64,000 bases of DNA from Candidatus Eiseniibacteriota bacterium (GTDB lineage: Bacteria > Eisenbacteria > RBG-16-71-46 > CAZAMP01), in the NCBI GenBank assembly GCA_965224245.1, contig OZ245046.1, positions 4,192,001-4,256,000 on the forward strand. Reading direction: 5' to 3'. Each line of letters opens with the position of its first letter. The stretch's first letter is position 1. Both the position numbers and the translations under genes were made by a program. The notes beneath the pieces were generated by a model, which saw only the letters and a program-made list of their open reading frames with translations, did not search any database and was not told where the DNA came from. This document shows positions 9,191 through 18,842 of the stretch, in pieces.

Positions 9191-10299
9191 CATGAAAGCG
9201 GGCTCACGCGGCCCGCGCGTCGCGACCGGCGTGCGACACGGATGCACCAGCCGACGACGGCGGCGTTCACGACGAGGAACACGCCGAACACCACGGCCCC
9301 GCCCTGCTCGAGAGCGGTCGCATGCGCGGGATACAGCGGCCGCACGTCGAACGCGGCGAGCCGGACGGCTTCGCGGACCACCGTGGCCGCGACGACGACG
9401 ACGACCGCGGATCCGAAGATCGTCGTCGACCACGCCCGTTCCACCCGATCTCCATCGGTGCCGTCGCGCCCGCGCCCCAGGAGGCCGGCCCACGCGGTGG
9501 CGTTCACGAGCGCCGCCACGATCGCGACCCCGGCGTAGGGGCCCGCGAGCGCGCCGTGCATGACGGCACGGACCTCGGGCGGGGAGATCGTCGCGAACCC
9601 GAATACGGCACCGGCCGCCGCGAGCCAGCCGGCGAGCACCGTGATCGACAGCCATCGCCGCGGCGGGTGGTCGAGCTGAAGCAGGTGCACGGCCGCGAAC
9701 ACCGGGACCGCGCCGATCAGCCACACGAGAAGCCGCCACGTGGACGCCGCGGTCACGCGGAGCGATCCGCCGTCGGCGTAGATCGCGGGCCACGCGTCGT
9801 GCGCGATCGAGATCTGGTGATTCTGCGTCCACAGGAACGCGACGCCGACGAACGAGACCCAGGCGATCGTGATCGCGACGCGGCCCGACGGGCGCCACCG
9901 GCGCGACACCGGCGCCGAGGGCTCCCCGGCCCCGCCTCCGGCGCCGGCGCCTTTCGCCACGTACAGGAGGTAGAAGCCGATGACGAGCAGCGGCAGCACC
10001 GCGAGCCACTTGCCGAAGAGCAGCAGGTTGGCCGTGTAGAACCGCTCCTGATACAGGACCTGCACGAAGAGCAGCGGCGCCACTCCGGCCGTGATCGCCG
10101 CGCTCAGCGCGAACGGCAGCCAATCGACGACCAGGCGAACCGACGGGCACGTCCCGCGCGAGCCCCAGCGAGTCGCCACCAGCGCCGCGCCCACGACGAC
10201 GTAGCTCATGAACACGACGTGCAGCGCCAGCGTCACGACGTAGAGCGTCAGGTAGATGGCCGTGGGCCGGGGAAATTCGACGGGAAAGAGCTCACTCAT
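9190..10299 (-). CDS. Polytopic membrane protein, CydA'-like partner subunit of the upstream oxidase-like gene
   Basis: LHVVFMSYVVVG, AITAGVAPLLFVQVLY and VVREAVR echo motifs of the upstream CydA-like protein; overlaps its stop codon. Confidence 0.65.
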   Translation of the reverse strand: MSELFPVEFPRPTAIYLTLYVVTLALHVVFMSYVVVGAALVATRWGSRGTCPSVRLVVDWLPFALSAAITAGVAPLLFVQVLYQERFYTANLLLFGKWLAVLPLLVIGFYLLYVAKGAGAGGGAGEPSAPVSRRWRPSGRVAITIAWVSFVGVAFLWTQNHQISIAHDAWPAIYADGGSLRVTAASTWRLLVWLIGAVPVFAAVHLLQLDHPPRRWLSITVLAGWLAAAGAVFGFATISPPEVRAVMHGALAGPYAGVAIVAALVNATAWAGLLGRGRDGTDGDRVERAWSTTIFGSAVVVVVAATVVREAVRLAAFDVRPLYPAHATALEQGGAVVFGVFLVVNAAVVGWCIRVARRSRRAGRVSPLS

Positions 10300-11731
10300 G
10301 CGCGTCTCCCCCGGCCGGCGGCTCGGCCTCGTCCGGGCGATCGGGCAGCGGTGCGCGCTCGGTGCCCGCGTCCCGGAGCCAGAGGTGGTTCTGGGTCAGC
10401 GTCGGCACGTCGTCGACCACCGGCCAGCGCTCGGGCCGACCCGCCGCCTCCCACTCCAGGAGCTGCACGAGCGCCTCCAGATCCTCGGCATTGCCGGCGA
10501 ACGGCGGCATGAACGGCTTGGTGTGCTGGAGCTGCGCGACGTTGAGCCGCTTCTGTTCGGTCGACCAGCTCCGGGTCAGATGGACCAGTCCGTTCACTCC
10601 CTCCATCGAGTGACAGACGTTGCACTGGAAGCGATACACCTTCCGTCCCCGCACGAGCTGCGGGCTCGGGTACCGATCGCCGTCTCGCACCGGGTACGGA
10701 TCGTGCGCCACCGATCCGACCCGGCGCAGCTCGGCGATCTCGTCGGACGCGATGGCGTTCGAGTAGAGCGTCTCGCGGACCGTGAACGGCTTGCGGACCC
10801 CCTCGCGGACGAACTCGCCGCCCGCGGTGGCCATGAACGCGAGCGCCACCAGGAGCGTGGCCGTCGCGCCGTTGATCATCAGACGCTGTCCGATGAGCCC
10901 GACGATCGCGTAGCCGCCGATCAGGACCGAGACGCCGATCGCGAGGGCCAGGAACATCGACATGGCCGCGCTCCCGCCGAGCACCCACGAGCGGCTGTCG
11001 GGCGGAATCACGCTCAGGAACCACGCGCCCACCAGCGGCATCAGCGCCATCGGGGCCAGGAACCGCGCCGAGCGCGTGATCAGCCGCGCCCGCGTCTCGC
11101 GATCGAACTCGCGCATCGCGTTGATGACGACACACGCGGTGAGGGAGGCGAGCGTCAGCGCGACGATGGTCCGGAACACCAGCGAGGGCCAGAAGCTCGG
11201 GTTGAAGAACCCGGCCCACACCGAGCCGGTCTCGAGCCACTGGCCGGGAGTGAGCTGCCACGACAGGATCCCGTTGATCCAGAACAGGCTGAACCAGCCC
11301 GCGATGGAGTACGTGACGAGGAGCGCCAGTCGCGTCCGGTCGTCGAGTCGAGCGCCGTATCGGTAGAACGTGTAGCCGGCCACGATCTCGAGACAGAAGA
11401 AGGTCCACTCGAGGGCCCAGATCCAGTGGAAGGCGTCGATCATGAGCCCGATCGTGCGCGGGCTCACCTGGATGGACACGAACCACATGCCGACGCCGGT
11501 CACCGCGCCGAGCACGAAGCTGACGAGCACCAGGAACCGGAAGTAGCCGTCGAGGAAGCGCCTCGCCGCTGGATCGCGCCCGTCGCGGCTCCATCGCTGG
11601 AACGCGGCCATCAGGAACCCGCCTCCGATCGCGAACTGGGCGAGAAACACGTGCACGATCCCGAGACCGCCGATCATCAGCCCCTTGATCGCGGGTTCGA
11701 CGTCGTTGATGGGGTAGTACGGGACCTCCAA
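10292..11731 (-). CDS. Cytochrome bd subunit I (CydA)-like membrane protein fused to C-terminal monoheme cytochrome c
   Basis: IVHVFLAQF, FVLGAVTGVGMWF, ALEWTFFCLE, SWQLTPG, FFNPSF, EFVREGVRKPF; CNVCH heme motif with distal MPPF. Confidence 0.8.
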   Translation of the reverse strand: MEVPYYPINDVEPAIKGLMIGGLGIVHVFLAQFAIGGGFLMAAFQRWSRDGRDPAARRFLDGYFRFLVLVSFVLGAVTGVGMWFVSIQVSPRTIGLMIDAFHWIWALEWTFFCLEIVAGYTFYRYGARLDDRTRLALLVTYSIAGWFSLFWINGILSWQLTPGQWLETGSVWAGFFNPSFWPSLVFRTIVALTLASLTACVVINAMREFDRETRARLITRSARFLAPMALMPLVGAWFLSVIPPDSRSWVLGGSAAMSMFLALAIGVSVLIGGYAIVGLIGQRLMINGATATLLVALAFMATAGGEFVREGVRKPFTVRETLYSNAIASDEIAELRRVGSVAHDPYPVRDGDRYPSPQLVRGRKVYRFQCNVCHSMEGVNGLVHLTRSWSTEQKRLNVAQLQHTKPFMPPFAGNAEDLEALVQLLEWEAAGRPERWPVVDDVPTLTQNHLWLRDAGTERAPLPDRPDEAEPPAGGDAHE

Positions 11732-11741
11732 CGCGCGCCTC

Positions 11742-12245
11742 CTACCAGAGCGCGTCGATGACGTGACGCTCGAGCTCGGCGGTCTCGGTGTCGTACGTGT
11801 AGGCCGTGCGCGGGCCCCGGAATCCCATCAGCTCGCCGACGTTCACCAGGCGAGTGCCGCCGACCACGTCGGTCGACTCCTGATGCGTGTGTCCGGTGAA
11901 CACGATGTCGTAGTCTCCGGTCGCAGAGAGCCCGCGAGCCAGCTCCGGATAGTGCTCGAAGGCGATCCGCCGCCCGCCCAGCTCGATGTCTCCGAAGGGC
12001 TTGTGGAAGATCACGTTCGGCCACCGGTCGGGCGCGTTCCGGACCATCAGAAACTGCTCGGCGTCGTTGTTCCCGAAGGTCACGTGGACGGGCCCCTCGA
12101 ACGCCGCGAGCTCGGTCAGCGGGATCGGGCTCACCAGATCGCCGCAGTGAATGATCGCCGCCGCCTTCCGCTCCGTGGCCAGCGCGACCGCCGCCCGGAC
12201 GGCTCCGAGGTGATCGTGACTGTCGGACACGACGAGAATCTTCAT
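11742..12245 (-). CDS. YfcE-family metallophosphoesterase
   Basis: SDSHD, HCGD, GNND, GHTH, VNVG motifs; GGAGG RBS. Confidence 0.9.
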   Translation of the reverse strand: MKILVVSDSHDHLGAVRAAVALATERKAAAIIHCGDLVSPIPLTELAAFEGPVHVTFGNNDAEQFLMVRNAPDRWPNVIFHKPFGDIELGGRRIAFEHYPELARGLSATGDYDIVFTGHTHQESTDVVGGTRLVNVGELMGFRGPRTAYTYDTETAELERHVIDALW

Positions 12246-12424
12246 GTCACCTCCCGCGACTCGGATGGTAGCTTTCGCGGGACATCATACGTCAGCGCAC
12301 GCCACGTTGCTCGGGGACGATGTTCCCCGGCGCGGCCAAGGACGGTGTCATCCCGAAGATGGACGGCTTGCGAGTTGAAGCGTCACACGGTGCCCCGGCG
12401 GGCGCCCGGTCCCCGGTGCGGTCG

Positions 12425-13708
12425 ATGAGGATCCTCCTCATCGCCTACCGCTTCCCTCCGCAGGGTGGCAGCGGGGTGCAGCGTCCGGCGAAGATGGTGC
12501 GAACATGGGTCGGGGACGGCCACGACGTGACCGTCCTCACGAGCCCCGCCCACACGGTGCCGGTGCAGGACGCCGAGCTGCTGTCCGAGGTTCCCAGCAG
12601 CGTCGAGGTCGTGACCGCCGCCGACCGGAGCCTCGCGCGGCTTCTCGCGCGATGGCGGGAGCGGGTGCGCGGCACGCCGGCCGGCGCGCTCGACCTGCCG
12701 CTCCGCTACGCACAGGCGGTCGTCCAGACGTTCATGACCCCCGACCCCCACGCCGGCTGGCTCGTCCCCGGCATGCTCGCCGCCGGGCGCATCGTGGGAT
12801 CCGACCGTCCCGACGTGATCGTGGCCACCGGCCCCCCGTGGTCCCCGGTCGTGGCGGGCGCGGTCACCGCTCGTCGACACGGCATCCCGTTCGTGATCGA
12901 CTATCGCGATCCCTGGAGTGCGACCTACTTCAACAAGCCGGATCGACTGTTCCCCCGGATCCTGAACCCGCACCTGGAGCGCTGGGTGGTCGGCGGCGCC
13001 GACGGCGTGATGGCCGCGCATCGCGAGGTTCTCCGGCGCCTGCGTCCGCTCTTCGGTGCCGACGCGCCGATCTGCATGTGGGTGCCCAACGGCTACGATC
13101 CGGACGACATTCACCCCGACGTATCCATCGACACCGACTGCTTCACGCTCACCTACACCGGGAGCTTTCTGAACCTGCGCAACCCCCGCGTGCTCATCGA
13201 GACGCTCGACCGCCTCCTCGCCGACGGCACGGTGGATCCGGAGCGGTTTCGCCTGCATCTGGCGGGCAACGTGTCGATGGCCACGCGCTACGCGACACCC
13301 GGCGGCCCGCTGGCGCGCGCGATGCGGGTCGACGGGTACGTGTCGCACTCCGAGAGCGTACGGCTCCTCCAGAAGAGCACGGCCAACCTGATTCTCGAGA
13401 TCGGGGTCGGGGGCCGGAACTATCACTCGCCGGGCAAGGTGTACGAGGTGTTCGCGGCGCGGCGCCCGGTGTTGCTCCTGTGTCCCGAGGGCACCACGAC
13501 GCATCTGGCCCGGCGGATGGGCGGCACCTGGGTCGCGCATCCCGAGAGGCCCGGGGAGATCCGCCGCGCCGTGGTGGAGATGGTCGAGGCCTGGCGAGAG
13601 GGCCGGCTGGCCCGCCTGCCGGATCCAAAGCGGCTTCGGTTCTACGAGCGCGCGCACCAGTCCCGGCGTGCGCTGCGGCTGATCGCGCGCGCGAGCGGCA
13701 TCGAGTGA
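12425..13708 (+). CDS. Glycosyltransferase family 4
   Basis: MRILLIAYRFPPQGGSGVQR, ATGPPW, DYRDPW, PNGYD, PGKVYE. Confidence 0.9.
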   Translation: MRILLIAYRFPPQGGSGVQRPAKMVRTWVGDGHDVTVLTSPAHTVPVQDAELLSEVPSSVEVVTAADRSLARLLARWRERVRGTPAGALDLPLRYAQAVVQTFMTPDPHAGWLVPGMLAAGRIVGSDRPDVIVATGPPWSPVVAGAVTARRHGIPFVIDYRDPWSATYFNKPDRLFPRILNPHLERWVVGGADGVMAAHREVLRRLRPLFGADAPICMWVPNGYDPDDIHPDVSIDTDCFTLTYTGSFLNLRNPRVLIETLDRLLADGTVDPERFRLHLAGNVSMATRYATPGGPLARAMRVDGYVSHSESVRLLQKSTANLILEIGVGGRNYHSPGKVYEVFAARRPVLLLCPEGTTTHLARRMGGTWVAHPERPGEIRRAVVEMVEAWREGRLARLPDPKRLRFYERAHQSRRALRLIARASGIE

Positions 13709-14155
13709 TCAGCCTTCCCGGGCGGCGATCTTGTCCACGCGGCGCTTGTACCTCGGCTCCGAGTCGATGAACGTCGCCTCCAGATAGGCGAGCACCACGT
13801 CCTCGGCCAGCGACTCGCCGACCACCTTGCCCCCGAGGCACAGCACGTTCATCGCGTCGTGCTCGACTCCCTGATGCGCGGTGTACACGTCGTGGCACAC
13901 CGAGGCTCGGATGCCGGGCACCTTGTTGGCCGCGATCGCGGCTCCCACGCCCGATCCGCAGCAGACGATGCCGCGAATGCCGGGCTCGGCCACCACCGCG
14001 TCGGCGACCGCGAATGCGAAGTCCGGATAGTCGTCCGATGCGACGTACTCGTGCGCGCCCACGTCGTGCACGTCGTAGCCGCGCGCGAGGAGATAGCGCT
14101 CGAGGTGCTCCTTCAGCGCGAAGCCCGCGTGATCGGCGCCCAGAACGACCTTCAT
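13709..14155 (-). CDS. rpiB: Ribose-5-phosphate isomerase B
   Basis: GADHAGFALK, DYPD, CGSGVG, ANKVPGIRA, HDAMNVLCLG; TGATG coupling to tkt. Confidence 0.95.
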   Translation of the reverse strand: MKVVLGADHAGFALKEHLERYLLARGYDVHDVGAHEYVASDDYPDFAFAVADAVVAEPGIRGIVCCGSGVGAAIAANKVPGIRASVCHDVYTAHQGVEHDAMNVLCLGGKVVGESLAEDVVLAYLEATFIDSEPRYKRRVDKIAAREG

Positions 14156-16182
14156 CACGCGGCTCCGATCAGGCGCCGGACCCGCGCCGCCACGTTCGTC
14201 GCCGTGAAGCCGAACTGATCGAAGAGCTCACCGGCCGGAGCCGACGCGCCGAAGCGCTCCACCGACAGCACCTCGCCTCTCGGTCCGATCCAGCGGTGCC
14301 ACCCCTGCGCGATGCCGGCCTCGACCGCGAGCGTGGGCAGCGGCGCCTCGCCGAGCACCGATCGCCGATAGGCATCGGGCTGCTTCTCGAACAGCTCCCA
14401 CGAGGGCATGCTGATGATCCGCGTCCGTACGCCGTCGGCCGCGAGGAGATCGGCGGCCTCGCAGCAGAGATGGAGCTCCGAGCCGGTCCCGATCAACGTG
14501 GCGTCGGCGTCCGGGTCCTCGTGCAGCACGTACGCGCCGCGAGCGAGCCCCTCGGCGCCGGCAAAGCGCGTCCGGTCGATCGCGGGCACTCCCTGTCGGG
14601 TGAACACGAGGGCGGTCGGCCCTCCGGTGTGGGTGACAGCCGCTCGCCAGGCCTCGACGCACTCAGCCGCATCGGCCGGGCGCACCACGGTCAGGTTGGG
14701 GATCGCCCGCAGCGCGGCCACGTGCTCGATCGGCTGATGGGTGGGCCCATCCTCGCCGAGGCCGATGGAATCGTGCGTGAACACGTAGATCGCCCGCGTC
14801 TCCATCAGCGCCGCCAGCCGCATCGACGGGCGCATGTAGTCGGAGAACGTCAGGAAGGTGCCCGTGTACGGGATGACGCCGCCGTGCAGCGACAGCCCCG
14901 ACGCGATGGCCCCCATCGCGTGCTCGCGCACGCCGAAGTGCAGGTTGCAGCCCGTGCGATCCTCGACCCCGAACGAACCGGACGACGCGAGGTCGGTGTT
15001 GTTGGACGGACCGAGATCGGCCGACCCCCCCAACAGGTTGACCAGTGTCGTCGAGAGCGCGTTCAGGATCTTCCCCGACGCCTTGCGCGTGGCCATCTTG
15101 GCCGCGTCGGGGAAGATCCCCTCGAGAGGCGCGTCCCACCCGTCGGGCAGCGTGCCCGCCATCAGGGACTCGAACTCCTTGACGCGTGCGGGGTCCTCCG
15201 CGCGCGCGGCGGCCAGCCGCTCGCTCCACGCGGCGTGGCGCTGTCGCCCCACCGCGCGCCCCTCGCGCATGTGGGCCCGGACGTCCTCGGGCACCACGAA
15301 CGGGGCGTGCGTCCATCCCAGCTTCTCGCGCGTCGCCTTCACCTCGTCGGCACCGAGCGCGGCGCCGTGCGTGGCCGCGGACCCGGCCAGGTTGGGCGAG
15401 CCGAAGCCGATCTCCGTGCGGCATACGATGAGGCTCGGGCGGTCGGCGTCCGTCTTCGCGTCGATGATCGCCCGGTCGACGGCCTCCAGGTCGTTGCCCT
15501 CGATCGGCCCGATCACCTGCCAGCCGTACGCGCGAAAGCGCGCGGCCACGTCCTCGCGGAACACGACGTCGGTGGATCCCTCGATCTGGATTCCGTTGTC
15601 GTCGTAGAGGTAGATCAGCTTCCCGAGCCCGAGCGTCCCCGCGAGCGAGGCGGCCTCGGAGGCGACCCCCTCTTGCAGGTCGCCGTCGGAGACGGTCGCG
15701 TACACGTGATGATCCACGATGCGATGATCGCCCGCGTTGTATCGCGCCGAGAGCCACGACTCGGCGATCGCCATGCCGACGCCGTTTGCGAACCCCTGAC
15801 CGAGGGGACCGGTCGTGGTCTCGACGCCGGGGGTCAGATGCACCTCGGGGTGTCCAGGGGTGAGGCTTCCCCATTGCCGGAACCGCTTGAGCTCGTCCAG
15901 CGCCAGGTCGTACCCGGTGAGGTACAGCAGCGCATACAGGAGCGCCGACGCGTGGCCGTTCGACAAGATGAAGCGATCGCGGTCGAGCCACGTCGGATCC
16001 GAGGGATCGTGCGACAGGTGGCGCGTCCACAGCACGTAGGCGAGTCCGGCCATGCCCATCGGGGCTCCGGGATGCCCGCAGCCGGCGGCCTCGACCATGT
16101 CGATGGACAGGAATCGAATCGCGTTGACGGCACGCTCGGCGAGATCACCGTCGGGCCAGCTCTGATCCTCGGATCGGGTCAT
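14155..16182 (-). CDS. tkt: Transketolase
   Basis: [63 protein letters not shown]. Confidence 0.97.
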   Translation of the reverse strand: MTRSEDQSWPDGDLAERAVNAIRFLSIDMVEAAGCGHPGAPMGMAGLAYVLWTRHLSHDPSDPTWLDRDRFILSNGHASALLYALLYLTGYDLALDELKRFRQWGSLTPGHPEVHLTPGVETTTGPLGQGFANGVGMAIAESWLSARYNAGDHRIVDHHVYATVSDGDLQEGVASEAASLAGTLGLGKLIYLYDDNGIQIEGSTDVVFREDVAARFRAYGWQVIGPIEGNDLEAVDRAIIDAKTDADRPSLIVCRTEIGFGSPNLAGSAATHGAALGADEVKATREKLGWTHAPFVVPEDVRAHMREGRAVGRQRHAAWSERLAAARAEDPARVKEFESLMAGTLPDGWDAPLEGIFPDAAKMATRKASGKILNALSTTLVNLLGGSADLGPSNNTDLASSGSFGVEDRTGCNLHFGVREHAMGAIASGLSLHGGVIPYTGTFLTFSDYMRPSMRLAALMETRAIYVFTHDSIGLGEDGPTHQPIEHVAALRAIPNLTVVRPADAAECVEAWRAAVTHTGGPTALVFTRQGVPAIDRTRFAGAEGLARGAYVLHEDPDADATLIGTGSELHLCCEAADLLAADGVRTRIISMPSWELFEKQPDAYRRSVLGEAPLPTLAVEAGIAQGWHRWIGPRGEVLSVERFGASAPAGELFDQFGFTATNVAARVRRLIGAA

Positions 16183-16321
16183 CGAGACTCCCTCGCGCGC
16201 GCTCGCGCGCGTCAGCTCGGCTCCGGCCATTCGGCTCACTCCTCGTCCGTGAACGACCCCCGGGTCGTTTCTGGAAGCTCACTCGTCGTCGCGGCATGCG
16301 CGACCCGGCATGCACCCGGCA

Positions 16322-16927
16322 CTACGTCACGATCGCGGACGGCTCGTCCCAGACTCGTCCGATGGCCACCTCGCGGAGGGGCTTGCGGGTCCGCGGCGCC
16401 AGCTCGTCCTCGCGATAGGTGTCGTCCAGTCGCTCGACCTCGCCGATGTACCCGATGGCCACGCCGGCCACTGGATCCCAGCCCTCGGGCACCGCGAACG
16501 TCTCGCGAATCCGCGGGATGTCGATGCCGCCCATGTGGTGTACGTGCAGCCCCCGGGCCATCGCCTCCACCGTGAGGCTCATCGACGCGAGACCCACGTC
16601 GTGGTAGGCGTGCCGGTTGGGCTTGTCGTTCTTCGCGAATCGGAGCTTCGCCAGCGTGATCATGACCACCGGTGCCAGCTTCGCCCAGTTCCGATTCCAC
16701 TCGACGAGGCAGCCGAGCACGCGATCGTACTGCTCGCGATCCTGCTTGATCCCGACGATGTATCGCCACGGCTGCTCGTTGAAGCACGAAGGAGCCAGCC
16801 GCGCGGCCTCCAGCAACCCCACGACGTCGGTGGGGGAGACCTCTCTTTCGGTGAACGCCCGTGGGCTCCATCGCGTGGCGAGGAGCTCGTGGATCGGGAC
16901 GCTGGTGGTGACGAGCTTGCTACTCAC
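16322..16927 (-). CDS. Nitroreductase family protein
   Basis: RWSPRAF, APSCFNEQPWRY, HHMGG; AAGGAG RBS before GTG 16927. Confidence 0.92.
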   Translation of the reverse strand: MSSKLVTTSVPIHELLATRWSPRAFTEREVSPTDVVGLLEAARLAPSCFNEQPWRYIVGIKQDREQYDRVLGCLVEWNRNWAKLAPVVMITLAKLRFAKNDKPNRHAYHDVGLASMSLTVEAMARGLHVHHMGGIDIPRIRETFAVPEGWDPVAGVAIGYIGEVERLDDTYREDELAPRTRKPLREVAIGRVWDEPSAIVT

Positions 16928-16931
16928 GATC

Positions 16932-17798
16932 TCACTCCTTCGACTCCGTCGCGGCCAGGCCGAGGTAACACTCGGGGCGACGATCCGGCAAGAACCATCT
17001 CGTCGCCGGCGCCGCATCGTTGGCGGACAGATCACAGCTCACGAGTACGAGGTCGTCCCGGCCCGACGCGGCGCGCGCCAGGACCCGTCCGTGGGGATCC
17101 ACGGCGAACGACTCTCCGGCGAACGTCTGCGCATCCGGCGCGGTGCCGTCGGTTCCGACGCGGTTGACGAGCGCGACGTGGTACCCGTTCTGAAAGGCGG
17201 CCACACGGATCTCGGCCTCGTGCATGTCGCCGGCCCACTCTCCGGCGAGTCCGGCCTGGGGGACGACGACCAGCTCCGCGCCCCCCAGCCGCAGCAGACG
17301 CATGTACTCGGGAAAGTGCCGGTCGTAGCAGATCGCCACGCCGATCCTGCCCACCCGCGTGTCGTACACGGGCGCGCCGCGATCTCCGGGTGCGTAGTGA
17401 TGCGTCTCGCGAAACCCCTCGAAGTCGGCCACGTGGACCATCCGGGTGACGCCGAGGAGGGTGCCGTCGGCGTCGATCACCGGCGTCGAGTCGAACGTCC
17501 GACCGCCATCGCGCTCGAAGAGATTGAAGACGATCACGATCCCGAGCTCGCGCGACAGCTCCGCGAGTCGCTCCGTCGTGGGGCCGGGAACGGTCTCGGC
17601 CCACCCCGACGGCGCCTCTCCGCTCGTGCGCGGAAAGAACGGCAGGTGCGACAGCTCCGCGAATGCGACCACGTCGGCGCCGCCGGCCGCGGCGGCCCGG
17701 ATCGCACGAAGACAGGCCGTCAGGTTGCGTGGTGGCTCCGGGCCGAGCGCCACCTGTGCCAGTGCGAGGGTGACCCCGCGTTCGCGCGCCGGCGACAC
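16932..17798 (-). CDS. Carbon-nitrogen hydrolase (nitrilase superfamily, AguB-like)
   Basis: FAELS (Glu), ICYDRHFPE (Cys), VNRVG, FAGESF..DP.G; catalytic Lys position reads Met (TRMVHV). Confidence 0.85.
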   Translation of the reverse strand: MSPARERGVTLALAQVALGPEPPRNLTACLRAIRAAAAGGADVVAFAELSHLPFFPRTSGEAPSGWAETVPGPTTERLAELSRELGIVIVFNLFERDGGRTFDSTPVIDADGTLLGVTRMVHVADFEGFRETHHYAPGDRGAPVYDTRVGRIGVAICYDRHFPEYMRLLRLGGAELVVVPQAGLAGEWAGDMHEAEIRVAAFQNGYHVALVNRVGTDGTAPDAQTFAGESFAVDPHGRVLARAASGRDDLVLVSCDLSANDAAPATRWFLPDRRPECYLGLAATESKE

Positions 17799-17809
17799 CG
17801 AGCGCGCGA

Positions 17810-18733
17810 CTACTGGAGCTCGCCCGAGTAGATCCGGATGATCGTGTCGAGCAGCTTCAGCGCCTCACCCCGCTCGCGCTGGAACGTGTTGCGTCCGATG
17901 ATCGAACCGAACCCACCGCCGTCGCGGATCGCGCGGATGTCGTCGAAGAGCGACTCGTCGCCCTTCTTGCCCCCGCCCGAGAAGATCACAATGCGACGGC
18001 CGGCGAAGGCCGACTGGATCACGTGGGTCACGCGATCGGTCAGCGTTTCGCGCGGGATGTTCGCGCTCTCGTACACCTTCTTGGCCGCGCCCTGCTCCAG
18101 GTGCGCCGACGGGAGCTTGACCTTGACGATGTGGGCCCCCATCTGACACGCGATCTGCGCCGCATAGGCCACGACGTCGAGACCGGTCTCACCTTCCTTC
18201 GACAGCTCGGCACCGCGCGGGTACGACCACACCACGACCGCCAGCCCGACCGCCTTCGCCTCCAGCGCGAGCTCGCGAAGCTGCTCGTAGAGCTCGCGCC
18301 GGTGCTCGGTCCCGGGATAGATCGTGTAGCCGATGCCGGCGCAGCCCAGGCGCAGCGCATCCTCGACCGACGCCGTCAGCGCCCCCATGGGGTTCGGCTC
18401 GGAGTGCAGCACGTCGTGGCTGTTCGCCTTCAGGATCAACGGCACGTCGCCGGCGTACTCCGCGGCGCCGGCCTCGAGGAACCCCAGCGGCGCCGCGTAC
18501 GCGTTGAGCCCGGCGTCCAGGGCCAGCTGGAAGTGATAGCGCGGGTCGTAGGCGGGGGGGTTGGGCGCGAAGCTGCGCGCGGGACCGTGCTCGAACCCCT
18601 GATCGACCGGGAGGATCACCATGCGGCCGGTGCCCCCGAGACGTCCGTGGTTGAGCATTCTCGCCAGATTGGTCAGCGTTCCGGGAGTCTCGCTCCCGTA
18701 CCAGCTCAGGATGTCGCGCACACGATCGGTCAT
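17810..18733 (-). CDS. fbaB: Class I fructose-bisphosphate aldolase (DhnA/FbaB type)
   Basis: ILPVDQGFEHGP, VVWSYPRG, GAHIVKVK (Schiff-base Lys), GSIIGRN; AAGGAG RBS. Confidence 0.92.
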   Translation of the reverse strand: MTDRVRDILSWYGSETPGTLTNLARMLNHGRLGGTGRMVILPVDQGFEHGPARSFAPNPPAYDPRYHFQLALDAGLNAYAAPLGFLEAGAAEYAGDVPLILKANSHDVLHSEPNPMGALTASVEDALRLGCAGIGYTIYPGTEHRRELYEQLRELALEAKAVGLAVVVWSYPRGAELSKEGETGLDVVAYAAQIACQMGAHIVKVKLPSAHLEQGAAKKVYESANIPRETLTDRVTHVIQSAFAGRRIVIFSGGGKKGDESLFDDIRAIRDGGGFGSIIGRNTFQRERGEALKLLDTIIRIYSGELQ

Positions 18734-18842
18734 CCACGGACTCCTTCCGGAACACGCCGGTCGCGGTACCGCGAGGCGAGGTGAGTGAAGATGGGGTCGG
18801 ACGCGTAGAGCCCGGTCATTCTGCGGCCTCGCGGGGACGCGA

